This document shows positions 9,888 to 19,008 of a stretch of DNA of 64,000 nucleotides, one piece after another. Source of the stretch: a virus; the IMG/VR virus record IMGVR_UViG_3300042882_000327, positions 25,960 to 89,959 of that record. One strand, 5' to 3'. Numbering within the stretch: position 1 is the first letter of the stretch; each line of letters starts with the position of its first letter. The translations under genes were made by a program, and so were the position numbers. Below the pieces are notes generated by a model. The model had not been told where the DNA came from. It made no database searches and saw only the letters and a program-made list of their open reading frames with translations.

Positions 9888-10785
9888 CTACTTTAAGATC
9901 TTTTGCTTCAATCCATTCCCCATTAATTTCCCCACCAATTAAGAATTTGTGTCTATCAGAACAAATAACTTTGTATCCATCCTCAAACTCTATCTCAAAA
10001 CATTCTGGTTCACCATCATCCAATGTATCAGGATTCCATGTTGCCGTAACTTCTTTATCGCCAATCAAAGTTTTAACAAAGTCTCCCACAGAAATTTCTT
10101 CAATATTTTTAAATGTATCGTTCGAAAGTTGGATTTTAGTTCCTGCAACCAAACAACCACCACCAACAATATCCTTTGCATACAATTCCATAGTTTTGTA
10201 TGTATGATTTACTGCTACCAAAGGAATATCCTTTAGAGTCAAATGTGGAGTAACCATACGGAACAGACTCTTTAATTGTTTTGCACGAGTCATATCAGCA
10301 GCAGACTTTCCTTCCAATGCATCATCCACCTCTTTCTTGGAGGCAAGATTACCAATAGAATCGATAAGAATAATAATCTTATCTCCGCGTTCAATGTTAT
10401 TCATTTGCTGCATAATATCAAACTTCAGTTCTTCCACATTTACAATAGGAACGTGGAAAACACGATTCAAATCAATCCCAAAAGATTTGAAATATGATTG
10501 CGGCGATCCAAATTCGGAATCATAAAACATTAATACAGCATCTGGATATTTATCCATATATGCCTTTGCCATCAAGAGGGAAAATCCAGTCTTGAACATC
10601 TTGGAAACTCCAGCCCACATGGTAAACCCGGAGTGGAATCCACCATCGATTCTAGCAGAAAATGCAATGTTTAATACAGGAATTGATGTAGTAACAAAAT
10701 CCTTATCCGCAAAGAATTTCGATTTGGCAAGGATAGAAGATTCTTTAATAGTGGAATTCTTCTTCAATTTATCTAATACACTCAT
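9865..10785 (-). CDS. uvsX: UvsX recombinase N-terminal part fused to N-intein (9865-10155)
   Basis: FYDSEFG, IDSIGNLASKKE, DMTRAK, VNHTY...GGG then CLVAGTKI (block A), CSDRH (block B), EAKDLKVG. Confidence 0.92.
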   Translation of the reverse strand: MSVLDKLKKNSTIKESSILAKSKFFADKDFVTTSIPVLNIAFSARIDGGFHSGFTMWAGVSKMFKTGFSLLMAKAYMDKYPDAVLMFYDSEFGSPQSYFKSFGIDLNRVFHVPIVNVEELKFDIMQQMNNIERGDKIIILIDSIGNLASKKEVDDALEGKSAADMTRAKQLKSLFRMVTPHLTLKDIPLVAVNHTYKTMELYAKDIVGGGCLVAGTKIQLSNDTFKNIEEISVGDFVKTLIGDKEVTATWNPDTLDDGEPECFEIEFEDGYKVICSDRHKFLIGGEINGEWIEAKDLKVGMESAIY

Positions 10786-10800
10786 AATAACCTCTTTTAA

Positions 10801-13389
10801 CTAAAAAAAATCTTCAATAGTATTTCTCTTTTCCGTATCCCACCCAACAATTTCTGTCAACGGTTTTAGTGGTTCCAGAAAGACCTTCTCAAACATCATA
10901 TTATAATCCACATAGCCCAATAAATCAAATTCTTTTGGAAGTTTTTCTGGGAAAGCTATAACATTTTCCCGAATTGGGTTTGGGACTCGTAAATAACAAT
11001 ATTTGATCTTATCCCCATCCTTTATATATTCATAAGTTGAATTCAATTTTGAATCATCAAGAAATTTATTATACATGATAGATGCTCTTACATGTATTGG
11101 AGTTCCTTTCTTATAAATCATGCTTGAGTCATGATACTTGTTTATACCATTAACTCCCTTGGAAAAAGATATTTGTTCAATTTTAAATTGATTGAACTTA
11201 TTCTTAAAATCGACTACAAATGATTGAAACTTTACTTTATCTTCGTCTAGAATCATCTTTAAACAATCCTTCAAAGCAACTCTAACCAATGCGGGGGTTG
11301 TCGATTGAACAATCTGTAATCCTGTTACTTTAATCTTGGGTTCCGAGTAAATTACACCTTCGTTAGAATATACATTAAGAGCATATCGCTTTTTTCTCGT
11401 AAAGATCGAAGTTGAGCAAATCTTCTCTAATTTATACTTGAGTTTGTTATCATAAGAGTTTACATAATCTGATAACTCATCACAAAATTTATCAATTTCT
11501 GGTTGTATTTTGTTTGTAGCAGACTTTAGCAAAAAATCGACAATCTTATTGGGAGGAGTGCCTTCTGGACATACATTATTTACCAAACCATTCAAAGATA
11601 AAAACAATGAATCAGTATCACCACCAATAATATAATCTTCATCGGTTTTAAGAATATTATTAAGATATGCATTAATCTTATTAGCAACCCATCTATTAGA
11701 AAGCTGTCCTTCCATAGTAATTGCTTCGGCTTGACGAACATCAAAGAATCTAAAAAATTTAGTTCCAAGACATCCATACAAACTATTCAAACAAAGTTTC
11801 ATAGCATTTTGAAGATTGTTAAATCTTGATATCTCAAAACTCAACCTTTCTTTTTCGAGAATTAAATTGGGATCTGTCTTATCCGTCTTCAGTTTAGCAT
11901 CAATAACTTCATATTCCTGTTGAGCAGAAATCATTTTCTTTTTATATTCTTGTCTAGCCTTGAACATCTTTTCAACCATTTCTGGAAGAAATCCTTTACG
12001 ATCAGTCCTAAAGAATTGTCCATTGGGTGTCAGAGTCACATTATTCTCTTTTAACTTATCTAACTGAATCTTTTTTTCTAGAAGATTATCAACGGATATT
12101 GGCTGAGAAAGAATATTCTTCATATCATCAGTATAATCTTTGGGATCTACTAATGTTTCTGGAGAAACATTTTTACCCATAATAATAGATGGATATAGAC
12201 TGGTTGCATCTAGAGTTACAATCCATTTATGCATTCCGGGTTTAGTCGGCTTTACAAAAGCTCCCTCATACTGTTGATCTTCGCCAATTACATTTTGTGG
12301 AATTTGGATATTCTTCTTTTTCAAATAATCATAAACAAGAGCATCCCACATTTTAGTCTGTTGAAATATATCATCGAAATTGGTTTTTGAATTATATGAA
12401 AGAGTTAATCCAAGTTCGAATAACTTACATTTATGATCTAAACTCTCAACCAACTCAACGTCTTTTAAGTTATATTCATAGAACTTTTGTTTATCTTCCT
12501 CATATAATTTATGAAGAGAACCCTCAAATTCAATCTTATTTTCACCAATTTCCACTTCGGCAATATAGTCTAATTTATAGCTCTCTTGAGAACTTCCTCC
12601 CGGTTGATACTTCTTATATAAATCTATATAATCCAAAGATGACACCCCAACAATAGTATATGTCTTATCTTCGTCATATCTACCAAACTTCTCATTAAAT
12701 TTTCTTGTCGATTTTTCTTGGATAAATCCCCAAGGAGAAAGTTTCTTCGTTTCTTGTACTCCAACAATTTTATTAAATCTATTAACTATGTAAGGAATAT
12801 CGAATCCGGCAGTATTCCATCCAGAAACTGCATTTGGATAATCCATACTCCAAACATCAATAAACTTTTTAATCAAAGTATATTCATCTTTACATTTGAT
12901 ATAATATACATTATCAGGAGATTTGAAATCATGGTATCCGAACAAATAATATTTCTCTTCTCCATAGAATTTTAGAGCAATAGAAATTATTGGTTGATGA
13001 GGATCATCTGCTGATGCGAAACCTCCCCGTTCCGGATCAGAGTTTACTTCAATATCGACAATGGCAATACGAATTTTAGAAAAATCCCATTCTATATCAT
13101 CAGGAAACAAATCAGAAATAAAACAATATTCATACTTAGTATTCCCGTAAATCGAAAAATTGTCAACTTGAGAATACTGAGCAATGAATTCTTTACACTT
13201 CTTTATAGACCCCGGCTTCCTCTTTTGAAGATATTCTCCATAAATTGTTTTATAAGGAGATTTCTCTGTAGTTGGAACATAAAGCGAGGGCGAATATGGA
13301 ACTTTGGTTCTTATCTTTTTCCCGTTTTTAATACCAATATACAAAATATTATCGCCATATTGCTTGGCATTCAAATAAAAACTGGACAT
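10801..13389 (-). CDS. gp43: family B DNA polymerase
   Basis: DIEV exo motif, DATSLYPSII, KLCLNSLYG, GDTDS, KKRYALNV. Confidence 0.97.
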   Translation of the reverse strand: MSSFYLNAKQYGDNILYIGIKNGKKIRTKVPYSPSLYVPTTEKSPYKTIYGEYLQKRKPGSIKKCKEFIAQYSQVDNFSIYGNTKYEYCFISDLFPDDIEWDFSKIRIAIVDIEVNSDPERGGFASADDPHQPIISIALKFYGEEKYYLFGYHDFKSPDNVYYIKCKDEYTLIKKFIDVWSMDYPNAVSGWNTAGFDIPYIVNRFNKIVGVQETKKLSPWGFIQEKSTRKFNEKFGRYDEDKTYTIVGVSSLDYIDLYKKYQPGGSSQESYKLDYIAEVEIGENKIEFEGSLHKLYEEDKQKFYEYNLKDVELVESLDHKCKLFELGLTLSYNSKTNFDDIFQQTKMWDALVYDYLKKKNIQIPQNVIGEDQQYEGAFVKPTKPGMHKWIVTLDATSLYPSIIMGKNVSPETLVDPKDYTDDMKNILSQPISVDNLLEKKIQLDKLKENNVTLTPNGQFFRTDRKGFLPEMVEKMFKARQEYKKKMISAQQEYEVIDAKLKTDKTDPNLILEKERLSFEISRFNNLQNAMKLCLNSLYGCLGTKFFRFFDVRQAEAITMEGQLSNRWVANKINAYLNNILKTDEDYIIGGDTDSLFLSLNGLVNNVCPEGTPPNKIVDFLLKSATNKIQPEIDKFCDELSDYVNSYDNKLKYKLEKICSTSIFTRKKRYALNVYSNEGVIYSEPKIKVTGLQIVQSTTPALVRVALKDCLKMILDEDKVKFQSFVVDFKNKFNQFKIEQISFSKGVNGINKYHDSSMIYKKGTPIHVRASIMYNKFLDDSKLNSTYEYIKDGDKIKYCYLRVPNPIRENVIAFPEKLPKEFDLLGYVDYNMMFEKVFLEPLKPLTEIVGWDTEKRNTIEDFF

Positions 13390-13398
13390 TAAGACCTC

Positions 13399-13707
13399 TT
13401 AATTAAATAGAATATTTTTTGAAGGTGTGATGATTCCGGAACCAAAAATAGAATTATATTGTTGTAGGAACTCTTCGCCAGCTTCGCATTCAAATATAAT
13501 ATGATTCTTGTTAAGAGTCAAGACGGTATTTTTACTTTGCCCCGTATGTACAGGAAACGGCAAAAATCCAAATGTTGGAATAGCATCAGTTCTTGAGGGT
13601 ATTACAGAAATTTGTACAGGATTCGTTAATGTGATCTTATCTCCCGATTCTTCGAATTCGGCCATAATATCTTCACCAGAAACCAATTTAAAACATTTTA
13701 CATTCAT
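13399..13707 (-). CDS. conserved hypothetical protein (Sm-like, upstream of gp43)
   Basis: KLVSGEDIMAE...YNSIFGSGIITP pattern typical of T4-like phages. Confidence 0.6.
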   Translation of the reverse strand: MNVKCFKLVSGEDIMAEFEESGDKITLTNPVQISVIPSRTDAIPTFGFLPFPVHTGQSKNTVLTLNKNHIIFECEAGEEFLQQYNSIFGSGIITPSKNILFN

Positions 13708-14099
13708 TATTTTTCTCCATTAGTAACTTTCAAAACCGGCGAACCATTCCTAACTTGGATGGGAATAATCCTATCACCAAGACTTTCGTTTAATTTAAAT
13801 TTAATGTAGTCTTCATAATTATTAGCTTTTTCGTCATCCATAGACGAAACATCCATGTAAACAACTACTTGATCTGTATCACCCAATCTTAAAATTTCAA
13901 AATCCAATCCAGAATAAGAAACCAATACAGGATTTCCTTTTTCTTTAATATATTTTACAAATTCGTCATCTCTTACAAAAGCTAACTTTTCAGTCGCTTC
14001 GTCCGGAGTCATCTCTGATGTATCAACTTTAATAATTAAAATATCATCTTTTTGTAGTTTAAGTTTTAAAAACTCAATTTCTTTTTCCCTATCTTCCAT
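13707..14099 (-). CDS. hypothetical protein with internal duplication
   Basis: ATG 14099 with SD GAGGTG; two similar halves. Confidence 0.55.
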   Translation of the reverse strand: MEDREKEIEFLKLKLQKDDILIIKVDTSEMTPDEATEKLAFVRDDEFVKYIKEKGNPVLVSYSGLDFEILRLGDTDQVVVYMDVSSMDDEKANNYEDYIKFKLNESLGDRIIPIQVRNGSPVLKVTNGEK

Positions 14100-14107
14100 T
14101 TTCACCT

Positions 14108-14524
14108 CTATAATTTTACTACTGGAATCCCACAATCTTGTAGGAATTTAATACCAGAAGAATCTCTATAATCTTGATCATAATAGACTTTCGTAATTTT
14201 TGCTCCGTAAATTAATCTAGAGCAAACATAACATGGATTGTGTGTTACAAACATTATTCCCCCTTCTGAGGATTCGTGCGAACACGCCAATTTCATTATT
14301 AGATTTTCTTCCGCATGAGAAACTTCTGGTTTTGTTTTTAACCCAATTACAGGATCTATATACTCACAAATATTATCCCAACCGCGAGGAGTACCATTAT
14401 AAGAAAACCCTATAATATTATCATTTTTCACAATGATAGCTCCAACTTTTAATTTAGTTGCTGTCGAGAGTTCCGCCGTTCTTTTAGCTACATCCATATA
14501 GTATCGGATTAGTTTTTCTTTCAT
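14108..14524 (-). CDS. cd: dCMP deaminase
   Basis: KVGAIIVK, YNGTPRG, HAEEN, THNPCYVC. Confidence 0.9.
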   Translation of the reverse strand: MKEKLIRYYMDVAKRTAELSTATKLKVGAIIVKNDNIIGFSYNGTPRGWDNICEYIDPVIGLKTKPEVSHAEENLIMKLACSHESSEGGIMFVTHNPCYVCSRLIYGAKITKVYYDQDYRDSSGIKFLQDCGIPVVKL

Positions 14525-14916
14525 ACATCAAAATCTTCTTTTTCAAAGACACTCTCCCAAGTAGGTTTTCCATGTAGAGCACATTCTGTAAAATATCTAA
14601 GATCATCATGAATATCTTCCAAATACTTCTTAGGAGTCGAAGGATTTACTAAAATCTCCGAAAGAATGATTGCAGCAATATGATAGAATTTAACCTCTTC
14701 GGTTTCAAAAATAGTACTATAATTCGGATCAGAAGAATTCAATCTTTCGAATGCCAAATTTCTGCCTTCTCGTTTAATAAATTTATCGTGATTGCATCTA
14801 AAAGCCCATGCTGCTTTTACATAAGTCTTTCCATCTTGATCGAATACATCCGATGCAATAGTAATATCACGTTTACGATATAAATTTCTAACATACAAAT
14901 ATTTCAAATTGGACAT
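14521..14916 (-). CDS. hypothetical protein
   Basis: 131-aa ORF with SD GAGG, in operon. Confidence 0.6.
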   Translation of the reverse strand: MSNLKYLYVRNLYRKRDITIASDVFDQDGKTYVKAAWAFRCNHDKFIKREGRNLAFERLNSSDPNYSTIFETEEVKFYHIAAIILSEILVNPSTPKKYLEDIHDDLRYFTECALHGKPTWESVFEKEDFDV

Positions 14917-14927
14917 AAAAACCTCAA

Positions 14928-15131
14928 TTATTTGTTGGGAACAATTTCCATGCTATCTTTTTTCATGTAGAAAATCTGACTATCCTTCTCAGATTTTTTA
15001 ACTCCTATGAAATCATTGCCATCGATAGTTTTGGATGGAAAATCTTTTGATGTGTAATACACAACATTATTAATTTTGCTACGTACCATTGTTAATGGTA
15101 CAGAAGTCTTCTTTCTCATGTCTAGCCTCAT
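14928..15131 (-). CDS. small hypothetical protein
   Basis: ORF directly downstream of a sigma70-type promoter. Confidence 0.55.
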   Translation of the reverse strand: MRLDMRKKTSVPLTMVRSKINNVVYYTSKDFPSKTIDGNDFIGVKKSEKDSQIFYMKKDSMEIVPNK

Positions 15132-15141
15132 GCAATAAGTT

Positions 15142-15170
15142 ATTATAATATATATTGCCTTAAAAGTAAA
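15142..15170 (-). promoter_or_regulatory. sigma70-type (early/middle) promoter
   Basis: TTTACT-17 nt-TATAAT; same architecture at 18975-19003 and 26905-26933. Confidence 0.7.
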
Positions 15171-15189
15171 GGGGGCATAAGCCCCCTTT
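15168..15189 (-). terminator. intrinsic terminator after hsp20
   Basis: AAAGGGGGC-ATAA-GCCCCCTTT hairpin. Confidence 0.8.
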
Positions 15190-15191
15190 GC

Positions 15192-15668
15192 TTATTTTTC
15201 TTTGTCTGCAGTATCTTCTGTAAGAAGAGCAGTGTTTTGCGAGATTCCGATTGGAATCTTTCTTGGTCGTTTTTCTTCTGGAATTACATTTTCAATAGAA
15301 ATTTTCAAAATTCCATCTACAACATCAGCATATCTTACAACTGATGTATCAGATAAAGTGAAAACGTGTTTAAAATCGCGTTTAGCTAAACCATGATGTA
15401 AATACTCTACTTCAGAATCCGATTTCTCAGAAACACCAGAAACATGAAGTTTGTTGTGGTTTGTTTCTACGCTAATATCGTCTTTGCTAAATCCAGCAAC
15501 AGCAATTTGAATTTCATAATTATACATATCAAATTTGACGATATTATATGGTGGATATGTTGGTGCTTTGTTTGTTCCTACCATTCTGTCTAGCTCTTCC
15601 ATCGTAGAAAATAGACGATCAAAGCCAACAGTTGCGGGTAGTAATGATTTTCCGTATGGATATGTCAT
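15192..15668 (-). CDS. hsp20: small heat shock protein (Hsp20, IbpA-like)
   Basis: VGFDRLF, YPPYNIVK, IAVAGFSK, YLHHGLAKRDF, DGILKI, IPEEKRPRKI. Confidence 0.95.
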   Translation of the reverse strand: MTYPYGKSLLPATVGFDRLFSTMEELDRMVGTNKAPTYPPYNIVKFDMYNYEIQIAVAGFSKDDISVETNHNKLHVSGVSEKSDSEVEYLHHGLAKRDFKHVFTLSDTSVVRYADVVDGILKISIENVIPEEKRPRKIPIGISQNTALLTEDTADKEK

Positions 15669-15788
15669 GATGTTTCTCCTAATTTATAGCGAGTTATTGT
15701 AAATAACTTCCCCGAAGGCGAAGTTTGACGAGAGGAATATTTTAATTGCCTATCCTCTCACTGCAATTCCCATCCCGATGGGTATAAC
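15669..15788 (-). promoter_or_regulatory. structured hsp20 5' leader with ROSE-like RNA thermometer
   Basis: Several hairpins including CUUCGG loop; last stem CUCGCU-AUAAAUU-AGGAG pairs the UCGCU motif with the SD. Confidence 0.6.
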
Positions 15789-15796
15789 TATTTATA
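15789..15796 (-). promoter_or_regulatory. T4-type late promoter
   Basis: TATAAATA upstream of hsp20 leader. Confidence 0.75.
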
Positions 15797-16225
15797 TCAA
15801 ATGTTATTATTTTTCTTAGATCCAATTGAATATTTATGATGTATTTCCCAATCAGATTTTTCTTTATGCGTCAAAATTTTAATTTGACTCAAATCTACTG
15901 TATTATTTTTGATTGCATTTTCATTAGAAATTTTTAATAGTTCCCAATCTTGTAGAAGCAATGAGATACTATTTCTTCTAGCCAAATCGTTTTCGGAAAT
16001 ATCTGTAGGTCTTCCATCTAACGCAAAAAGCTCTTTAAAATGAACAATACGATAAAATCCTCTCTTATGTAGAATGTAGCAACTAGGATATAATGTTCTT
16101 TCTTTTCTAGATGCTACTCCGATTCTACTTAGAGTTTCTCTAATTTTTAGAAATGCTTCTTCGTTGTCTAATAGAATTTCAACTCCATGTCCCTTAAATA
16201 TATCATCCGTCATAATTTTCTCCAA
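15797..16225 (-). CDS. regA: translational repressor RegA
   Basis: FLKIRETLSRIGVASRK, ILHKRG, IVHFKELFALDG. Confidence 0.95.
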   Translation of the reverse strand: MEKIMTDDIFKGHGVEILLDNEEAFLKIRETLSRIGVASRKERTLYPSCYILHKRGFYRIVHFKELFALDGRPTDISENDLARRNSISLLLQDWELLKISNENAIKNNTVDLSQIKILTHKEKSDWEIHHKYSIGSKKNNNI

Positions 16226-16242
16226 ATAACAATGTGTATAAG

Positions 16243-16638
16243 TTATTTATTATTTGGAGTTTTTCCACCTTTATCTAATTTTTCTCTAATGATTTTAACA
16301 TCTTCTGGCGATAATAATGATAAAACTTGCTTTGCTTTGTTGGAAGAATATCCAAAATATTCCTTAATATACTTAATATCGGGATTTTCCGTATATTTAA
16401 CCCATTTTGCGTATCCTCTTTTATAGCCTTTAATGGAATAAAAAAGATAGTCATACTGTAATTTCTTATCTAAATGTGGATTCATGTTCATCTGATTAAC
16501 ATAAAAAATCGCATCTATATGACTAGATAGTGCTTTATTAACAATAAATGGATTATATTCTTTTTCTTCTTCTTGGGAGAGTATATACTCCTTAGTTTGT
16601 AATATAGATGGGACTATATCTTTAAATATGTCCATCAC
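16243..16638 (-). CDS. gp62: clamp loader small subunit
   Basis: YNPFIVNKALS, QYDYL, IKEYFGYSSNKAK; synteny. Confidence 0.9.
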   Translation of the reverse strand: MMDIFKDIVPSILQTKEYILSQEEEKEYNPFIVNKALSSHIDAIFYVNQMNMNPHLDKKLQYDYLFYSIKGYKRGYAKWVKYTENPDIKYIKEYFGYSSNKAKQVLSLLSPEDVKIIREKLDKGGKTPNNK

Positions 16639-17573
16639 TTAAACTCCGCTTCAATCATTAACTCCGTGAAAAATCCCATAAATTGTATTTCTTGATCGGC
16701 AACAAACCCGCTTTGAAATTGATACTTAGCCAAAATTAGAATAACTGCAGGTATAGAGCTAGGTTTTAGAAAATCATATAATCCGTCATACACTTTTCTA
16801 TAAATGATATTATGATCATTATCCACGTTAGCAACAATCCATTCCTTAACAGCAGTAAGGTTCTTTTCTTTAAGACTTTTAATCAATTCTTTCAGTTGAA
16901 GTTCGCCAACTTGAGATAAAATACCCGAATCAATTTTTCCATGAATGGAATATCTCTGAATCTCATTAAGAATACGTCTGTTATCGGGATACCATTTGTT
17001 TACAAATGTGGCAACAACTTCCTTATCAAACTCGATCCCTTCTGCTTCAAGTATAGTACAAACTCGTTTGAAAAATTGTATAATAAGTTTCTTCTTTTCT
17101 ATTTTGTTAATAGTAAAGTTAACTACAGCACACCTAGAATGAATTGGTTCAATAATTTTATTCGCATAATTACATGTAAGAATAAAAGTACAATTACTTG
17201 AATATTTCTCCAAAAAATTTCTAAAAGCATCTTGAAAATTTCGAGTTGCGGCATCAAATTCATCCAGAATAACAACTTTTCTTCCTCCAGAAAGAGATAC
17301 CGAAGAAGCGTAGTTTGAAATTTTGGTTCTTAGAGTATCAATACCATTCTCATCAGAAGCATTGATAAAAAGATAGTCACAACCAACCTCATTACAGAGA
17401 GCTTTAGCAATAGTAGTCTTTCCAGTACCAGCACCACCAACCAATAGTAGATTAGGAATTTCCTTTCGATTTACATATTCTTGAAAAGTACTTTTTGTAT
17501 TTTCGGGAAGAATACAATCTTGTACTTTCGACGGGCGATATTTTTCAACAAATAAGAAATTATCAACATTCAT
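16635..17573 (-). CDS. gp44: clamp loader ATPase subunit
   Basis: VEKYRP, GGAGTGKTT, ILDEFD, HSRC. Confidence 0.95.
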   Translation of the reverse strand: MNVDNFLFVEKYRPSKVQDCILPENTKSTFQEYVNRKEIPNLLLVGGAGTGKTTIAKALCNEVGCDYLFINASDENGIDTLRTKISNYASSVSLSGGRKVVILDEFDAATRNFQDAFRNFLEKYSSNCTFILTCNYANKIIEPIHSRCAVVNFTINKIEKKKLIIQFFKRVCTILEAEGIEFDKEVVATFVNKWYPDNRRILNEIQRYSIHGKIDSGILSQVGELQLKELIKSLKEKNLTAVKEWIVANVDNDHNIIYRKVYDGLYDFLKPSSIPAVILILAKYQFQSGFVADQEIQFMGFFTELMIEAEFK

Positions 17574-17630
17574 AACAAAGACCTCAAATATAAATCATCA
17601 AATAAAAGCCGTCCTTGGCTCGAAAGTTAC

Positions 17631-17912
17631 TTAACTATTTTCAGTAACAATTCCTTCATAGAGTAATTCAAACTCTTCTTGTTCTGCAACCACTTCGTTA
17701 TAATTCTTCTTGTGATATGTCTTTGCCATTTTTCGAATAATTTTCTTCGGAATCTTCAATTCTTCGTGAACTGAATTGATAATTTCCTTCAGAGTATCGC
17801 GTTGAGCTTCTTGCATTGTCATAACATCGGACAACTCTTTCATGCCAGTCTTTAAAACGCGAAGTTCTTCTTCAGTAAATGTTCCAAATGTAGAAGCGAC
17901 AGTCTTAGTCAT
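17631..17912 (-). CDS. DsbA-like dsDNA-binding protein
   Basis: IPKKIIRKMAKTYHK...EEFELLYE resembles T4 DsbA C-terminus. Confidence 0.6.
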   Translation of the reverse strand: MTKTVASTFGTFTEEELRVLKTGMKELSDVMTMQEAQRDTLKEIINSVHEELKIPKKIIRKMAKTYHKKNYNEVVAEQEEFELLYEGIVTENS

Positions 17913-17923
17913 ATAATCCTCTG

Positions 17924-18613
17924 TTAGTTATAAGTTGATGAGTTTTCGGTAGCAATGTAATAAACAAGCCCCAATGCAGATTCTGTAAATTTAGCCAATC
18001 CCTTAGAACAAATTTCTACTTCATAACTTCCGGGAAGAATCTTCAGATTCTCAGTTCTAAAAACGGTTTTATACTTAGCTCCATTAGCATCTACATTCAT
18101 GGAAATAGAGTTTGTATGAACCGAGTCATCATTTACATCAAAAGTAATTAAACTTACTACCTCCCCATCACTTTCAATAGCTACATTAGGAGATCCCAAA
18201 ACATTTGCAGTTCTAAGTAACCAATTAAAATCTTCCTCCGAAAGAGTAAACTTTACATCTACAGTTGGAATTTGTGGACGTACATTAGGAGCCGCGACAA
18301 TCATAGACGGATCTGTAAATCTATACTTGATCTTAGATCGTCCACCATATCCCTTGATGATAATATGCTTAGAATCAAATTCTAGTTCCGCTCCGTCCTT
18401 AAAAAGTGACATGACAGATAAAAAGTTATTCAGATCATAAATCCCAAAATTTTGGGGAATAGTTTCCGAAATCGTAGCATCTGCCAAGATATTCTTTTGC
18501 GGAGATACTGTTGATAGGATATTACCTTCCTTAAAATAAATTCCAGGATTGATACTGGAAAAATTTTTAAGGACATTTATTGTCTCACTACTTAGTTTCA
18601 TTATATACCTCAA
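17924..18613 (-). CDS. gp45: sliding clamp
   Basis: MKLSSETINVLKNFSSIN, FGIYDLNNFL, YYIATE. Confidence 0.95.
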   Translation of the reverse strand: MRYIMKLSSETINVLKNFSSINPGIYFKEGNILSTVSPQKNILADATISETIPQNFGIYDLNNFLSVMSLFKDGAELEFDSKHIIIKGYGGRSKIKYRFTDPSMIVAAPNVRPQIPTVDVKFTLSEEDFNWLLRTANVLGSPNVAIESDGEVVSLITFDVNDDSVHTNSISMNVDANGAKYKTVFRTENLKILPGSYEVEICSKGLAKFTESALGLVYYIATENSSTYN

Positions 18614-18619
18614 TTATTA

Positions 18620-18976
18620 TCAATAACACAAATTATAATACCCTGTAGGTCCAGTTGTCCTGACATTAGAAACAGTACAATTATCTAGATAATGATAGTC
18701 CATACTTCCTACTGGTCCTATATTAGTTTTAATGTCCGAAGAAACAGTCGATACGAAAGTTTCGTCTTCCTTTCTCATTTCGATCCATCTATTAAGAGAA
18801 ACAATAGCTTCTTTAACATCCTTTTCAAGATCTTTGTGACCTCTTCCACCAGCCACCAACAGCTTTTTTACAGCATGTTGAATAGCTGGATCGGTCACGC
18901 CAAATAATTCCAAAACCCTATAAACATCAACACATTCGTAGGGAACTTTTTTATAATAGTGGGAATATTCTTTCAT
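18620..18976 (-). CDS. DUF3310-like protein
   Basis: SHYY...DVYRVL...HAVKKLL...RGHKDLEKDVKEA pattern. Confidence 0.55.
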   Translation of the reverse strand: MKEYSHYYKKVPYECVDVYRVLELFGVTDPAIQHAVKKLLVAGGRGHKDLEKDVKEAIVSLNRWIEMRKEDETFVSTVSSDIKTNIGPVGSMDYHYLDNCTVSNVRTTGPTGYYNLCY

Positions 18977-19003
18977 TATATACTATCCATCAATTAAAGT
19001 AAA
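18975..19003 (-). promoter_or_regulatory. sigma70-type promoter (-10 overlaps the ATG at 18976)
   Basis: TTTACT-17 nt-TATAAT. Confidence 0.6.
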
Positions 19004-19008
19004 GGATT

